From the NCBI GenBank assembly GCA_963717465.1, contig OY970340.1, positions 2,560,001-2,624,000 of the forward strand: a stretch of DNA of 64,000 nt, in the 5' to 3' direction. Below are positions 60,083-64,000 of the stretch, one piece after another. The position numbers and the translations under genes are program-made. The notes under the pieces were generated by a model that saw nothing but the letters and a program-made list of their open reading frames with translations, searched no databases and was not told where the DNA came from. Within the stretch, counting starts at the first letter, position 1, and each line of letters begins with the position of its first letter. This stretch comes from Candidatus Bathyarchaeota archaeon. GTDB lineage: Archaea > Thermoproteota > Bathyarchaeia > Bathyarchaeales > Bathycorpusculaceae.

Positions 60083-60333
60083 AGGGGCTGGTATATTGAA
60101 GTTACTTATAAATTGTTTCTACGTTATTTCAAACGTTTATCGAAGCCATAAAATCAATTCAAAAAATCTGAATTATTTCATGGGTTGTCATGAGCAATCT
60201 CGCTGCTTTGAATTCGTAATAGAAATTCAAGTGTTAAAAAAAATAATCAAATTATTGATCCAGTATGAGAAAAGCAAGTTTTTTACCTCAGCAGTTACTC
60301 AATTAAAGTTCAAAAATAAGGAAATCGATAAAG

Positions 60334-61141
60334 TTGGCCAAGTCAAAGAATTATTCGTGGGATGCTAAAGATTACTCTAAGAATTCTGCCAACCAGTTAC
60401 AATGGGCAAAAGAGTTAATTCCTAAACTAAAATTGTCTGGGAAAGAAAAACTTGCTCGATATAGGTTGCGGCGATGGAAAAGTCACTGCTGAACTTGCTC
60501 AAAACCTTCCTAACGGCAGCGTAATCGGTATTGATAATTCGGAAGCGATGATAAATCTAGCTAAAACTTCTTTTGCCGAGAAATCGTACCCAAATCTTTC
60601 CTTTCAAAGAATGGATGCTAGGGAATTAAAATTTGTTGAACAATTTGATCGAGTTTTTTCTAATGCTGCTCTGCATTGGATTATTGATCATCGACCTGTT
60701 CTAAATGGAGTTTATAAAAGCCTGAAGATGTCAGGCAAACTTCTTTTTCAGATGGGTGGAAAAGGCAACGCTCAAGACATACTTGGCATTATAGATGAGC
60801 TAGTACTTGAAAAGGCATGGAAAGAATTCTTTGTAGATTTCTCATTCCCTTATGGATTTTACGAGCCACAGGAGTATGCAGCTTGGCTAAAGGAAGCTAA
60901 TTTGAAACCGGAAAGAGTGGAGCTTATCCCAAAGGAAATGAAGCTATCTGGCGTGCAGGGATTAGAAGGCTGGATTAGGACCACATGGTTGCCATATACT
61001 GAAAGGTTGCCAGTTAAACGTAGAGACGAATTCATTAAAGAAATTGTTGATCGATACCTTGCTAGGCATCCAATGAGTGATGAAGGCATCGTCAATTTGA
61101 AGATGATGCGGCTTGAAGTAGAAGCAGCCAAGACTTGTTGA
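60334..61141 (+). CDS. Class I SAM methyltransferase, trans-aconitate methyltransferase-like (frameshift in A-run ~60446-60450)
   Basis: WDAKDYSKNSANQLQWA upstream; LDIGCGDG, FDRVFSNAALHW. Confidence 0.85.
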
Positions 61142-61209
61142 GGATAGTTTAAAAGATAAATATGTGCCTTCTTAATTGCTAAGCGTTCAAAGGGCAAAGG
61201 AGAAAATGT

Positions 61210-62484
61210 ATGCCGACTTTCCAGACTGTTCGCGGAATGAGAGATATTCTGAATGAAGAAGCAGAAATATTCACAAGAGTAATAGCTAAGGCTAAAGAAA
61301 CAGCGGCACTATTTGGGTACAAAGAGGTTATTACACCGGTCGTTGAACCGCTTGAGCTTTTAAGCGCTAAGTCAGGAGAAGAAATTCGTCAGCGCATGTT
61401 TATTTTCAAGGATCTTGGGGATCGCACAGTAGCTTTAAGGCCAGAGTTTACTGCGTCAATTGCAAGGTTAGCCACCACAGCGCTTAGAACAGAACCTAAA
61501 CCCCTGCGTCTATTTTCATCGGGAAGCGTTTACCGTTATGATGAACCCCAACGGGGACGTTACAGGGAGTTTTGGCAATCAAACTTTGAATTAATGGGGT
61601 CCGAGAAGCCTGAAGCAGACGCAGAAATAGTCCTGTTAACCAATAATCTAATGAAAAGTTTAGGTTTACAGGGCTACGCTTTCAAGATCGGACATGTTGG
61701 CGTGTTGCGTGGCATTCTTAGTCAGGAAAACGTTGATGAAAAAACTCAAAATGCCATATTGCAGAGGATGGATAAGAAAGAGTACGAGGAAGCCTTTAAG
61801 CTAATTCAATCGGACAAGTGCCGCAACGTGCTTGAAGGTTTATTGCAGCTTAAAAGTAAAGATTGCTTTGAAACAGTCCAAAAAATCAAGTCACACGTTG
61901 AAGGGTATGAAAAGGCACTCAAAGCAGTTGAAAACCTGCATGAAATACTGAAGTTTATCGTAGAAAGCGGCTGTCCAGTTGAGACTGTTGAGCCAGCGTT
62001 TGCTAGAGGCTTAGAATATTATACTGGCATAATTTTTGAAGTGTACATTCCCCAGTTGGAAATAGCCTTAGGCGGCGGCGGACGATACGACAGACTTATT
62101 GAAGTATTCGGAGGTGAACCAACACCCGCTATAGGTGCAGCTCACGGCGTTGATCGAATTGTGCTTGCAATGCAAATGCAGAAAACCGCTTTAACAGGCA
62201 GGCAAAGCAAACGAGTTGCAGTGGTTCCAGTAAATGAAGCGGTTAAAGTTGAAGCACTAAAAATTTCCCAAACGCTTAGAAATGCTGGTGTTTGCGTTGA
62301 GTTTGAGGTTATGGGTCGCAAAATGGCTAAGGCATTGGAAGATGCAGATAAACGCAAAGTTGATTTTGCCATAATCGTTGGTGAAAGAGAATTAAAAGTC
62401 AACTCAGTAGTTCTTAGGAACTTAGCTACGCGTGAACAAACGATCGTTCCTTTGGAAAGAATTGTTGAGAAAATAAAAGAATAA
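61210..62484 (+). CDS. hisS: Histidine--tRNA ligase
   Basis: RGMRD, LRPEFTASIAR, YRYDEPQRGRYREFWQ, RGLEYYTG, GGGRYD. Confidence 0.97.
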   Translation: MPTFQTVRGMRDILNEEAEIFTRVIAKAKETAALFGYKEVITPVVEPLELLSAKSGEEIRQRMFIFKDLGDRTVALRPEFTASIARLATTALRTEPKPLRLFSSGSVYRYDEPQRGRYREFWQSNFELMGSEKPEADAEIVLLTNNLMKSLGLQGYAFKIGHVGVLRGILSQENVDEKTQNAILQRMDKKEYEEAFKLIQSDKCRNVLEGLLQLKSKDCFETVQKIKSHVEGYEKALKAVENLHEILKFIVESGCPVETVEPAFARGLEYYTGIIFEVYIPQLEIALGGGGRYDRLIEVFGGEPTPAIGAAHGVDRIVLAMQMQKTALTGRQSKRVAVVPVNEAVKVEALKISQTLRNAGVCVEFEVMGRKMAKALEDADKRKVDFAIIVGERELKVNSVVLRNLATREQTIVPLERIVEKIKE

Positions 62485-62514
62485 AAAGAAAAAAGTACCT
62501 AATTCAAGGCGGCT

Positions 62515-63880
62515 TTAGAGCCGTGCGATGTATCTTTTGACTTCCCACTCGGTTACTTGAGTTTTGTATAGGTCCCATTCTCTGCGTTTCTCAATTAAGA
62601 AGTTTTCGAATGCAGTTGGGCCTAAGGTTTCACGCATTAGATCGCTTGTTTCCAGTTCATCCAAAGCTTCTTTAAGCGACTCTGGCAGGGATATTATGCC
62701 TCGTTCTTTACGCTCCTCGTACGTCATGTGGTAAACGTTCAGTTCAACTGGGTCTCCAGGATCAGTCCTGTTTTTAATGCCGTCTAGTCCTGCTGCCAGC
62801 AGCACTGCAAACTGCAAGTAGGGGTTTCCTGCTCCGTCAGGGTTAGCGTATTTCGCATCGCGCTGCAGCTTTTCTTCCTCCAAAGTTAGGCACTCTAATG
62901 AGCGGCGACCTGTTCTTGTGCGCCCAAGCCAAGTAAACTGGTGCCTCGTAGCCGGGGACTAAACGTTTGTAGGAGTTTGGCCAAGAGTTCAAAATCGCCG
63001 TCATTTTGCGTCCATGAGCTAATTGTCCACCGATAAAGTTTCTTGCGAGGTCGGAGATGTAGCCGTCTTTTGCATTGTCAGAGAAGAAGAGGTTTTGGGT
63101 AACGTCTTTGTTCCATAGGCTTTGGTGTGTGTGCATTCCTGAACCGTTTATTCCTTGGAATGGTTTTGGCATGTGTGTTGCTAAGTAACCGTTGCGGGCT
63201 GCAACGACTTTTGTCACCATTTTCATGGTTATTGTGCGGTCAGCTGTGTCCAAGACTTCGCCGTATTTGAAGTCTATTTCGTTTTGTCCCAGCGCGACCT
63301 CGTGATGGCTAATTTCGATTTCAATTCCGAAAGGTTCTGCCATATCAGCGATTTCTCTACGTAGATCGTCGGTTAAGTCGCTCGGGTGGAAATCAAAGTA
63401 GCCAGCCATATCAATCGGCGTAGGTAAACCGCCGTTTTCGGCTTCTTTAACTATGAAGAATTCAAGTTCTGGTGCGCATACGTAAGTGAAGCCTGCTTTG
63501 TTGGCTTTTTCGACGGCTCTTTCAAGTATGTATCTTGGATCTCCTTCGAAACGTTTGTTTTGTGGAGTATATATGTCACATAGTAATCGGCAAGAAGATT
63601 TTTCTTTTGGCCTCCAAGGCAATACGGCGAATGTTGTCGGGTCTGGATAAAGAACCATATCCGATTCTTCGATTGGCCTGTAACCGGTTATGGATGAACC
63701 ATCAAAGGATTGCCCGTGTTCAAAGATGCCTTCGATGTTTTTTGAACTGACGGCCAAGTTTTTTAGCATCCCGTTAATGTCGGTAAATTGCAGTCTAACA
63801 AATTTCAAGTCTTGTTCCTGTATCTGTTGAACAACTTTTGTAACGTTCGCCTTCCAAGTTGAATCCTTGAAGTTTCTCAT
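62515..63880 (-). CDS. glnA: Glutamine synthetase type I (frameshift near 62845)
   Basis: FDGSSI, HHEVALGQNEIDF, MPKP..GINGSGMHTHQSL, SYKRLVPGYEAP, NRSPLIRVP, EIR|PDGAGNPYL. Confidence 0.95.
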
Positions 63881-64000
63881 GTATTATTCATCCTTTCTTT
63901 TTAGCGTTAAAGTTTTTGGTTTATTAAGTTTAAATAGCATACCTAACGATATATTAAGGTTTATTAGCGAAAGTTTCCCAAATATGTATATTCATAGAAG

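Noticed and set aside
57200..62850. Programmed ribosomal frameshifting in housekeeping genes
   Set aside because: No common slippery motif or structure; too many unrelated genes affected.
524..63750. Numerous short antisense or overlapping ORFs in the ORF track
   Set aside because: Shadows of longer, motif-supported genes with no independent features.

Overview
Archaeal genomic window, most likely Bathyarchaeia (inferred from gene content: archaeal AbrB-PhoU, tRNA-intron endonuclease, LipS2, methanogenesis-marker homologues and style of surface proteins). The first ~21 kb is the standout: nine co-oriented secreted-protein genes carry seven cohesin-like domains in six proteins (three with a C-terminal membrane anchor) and four dockerin-like duplicated EF-hand modules. 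One dockerin is fused to the phosphate-binding protein PstS, which is divergent from pstC-pstA and near phoU; there is no pstB in the window. This suggests a non-cellulosomal cohesin-dockerin surface scaffold tied to phosphate uptake. 21-34 kb is an accessory region of membrane proteins, regulators and micro zinc-finger ORFs. 34.5-47 kb is a glycosylation cluster. 47-64 kb is mostly housekeeping (pyrK/pyrD, mtnA, endA, hisS, glnA) plus a mini-operon of methanogenesis marker 5/15/6 homologues with no mcr genes in the window. At least nine genes have single-base frameshifts, most likely assembly indel errors. No rRNA, tRNA, CRISPR array or mobile element was recognised. All domain calls come from motifs read by eye; no searches were run.
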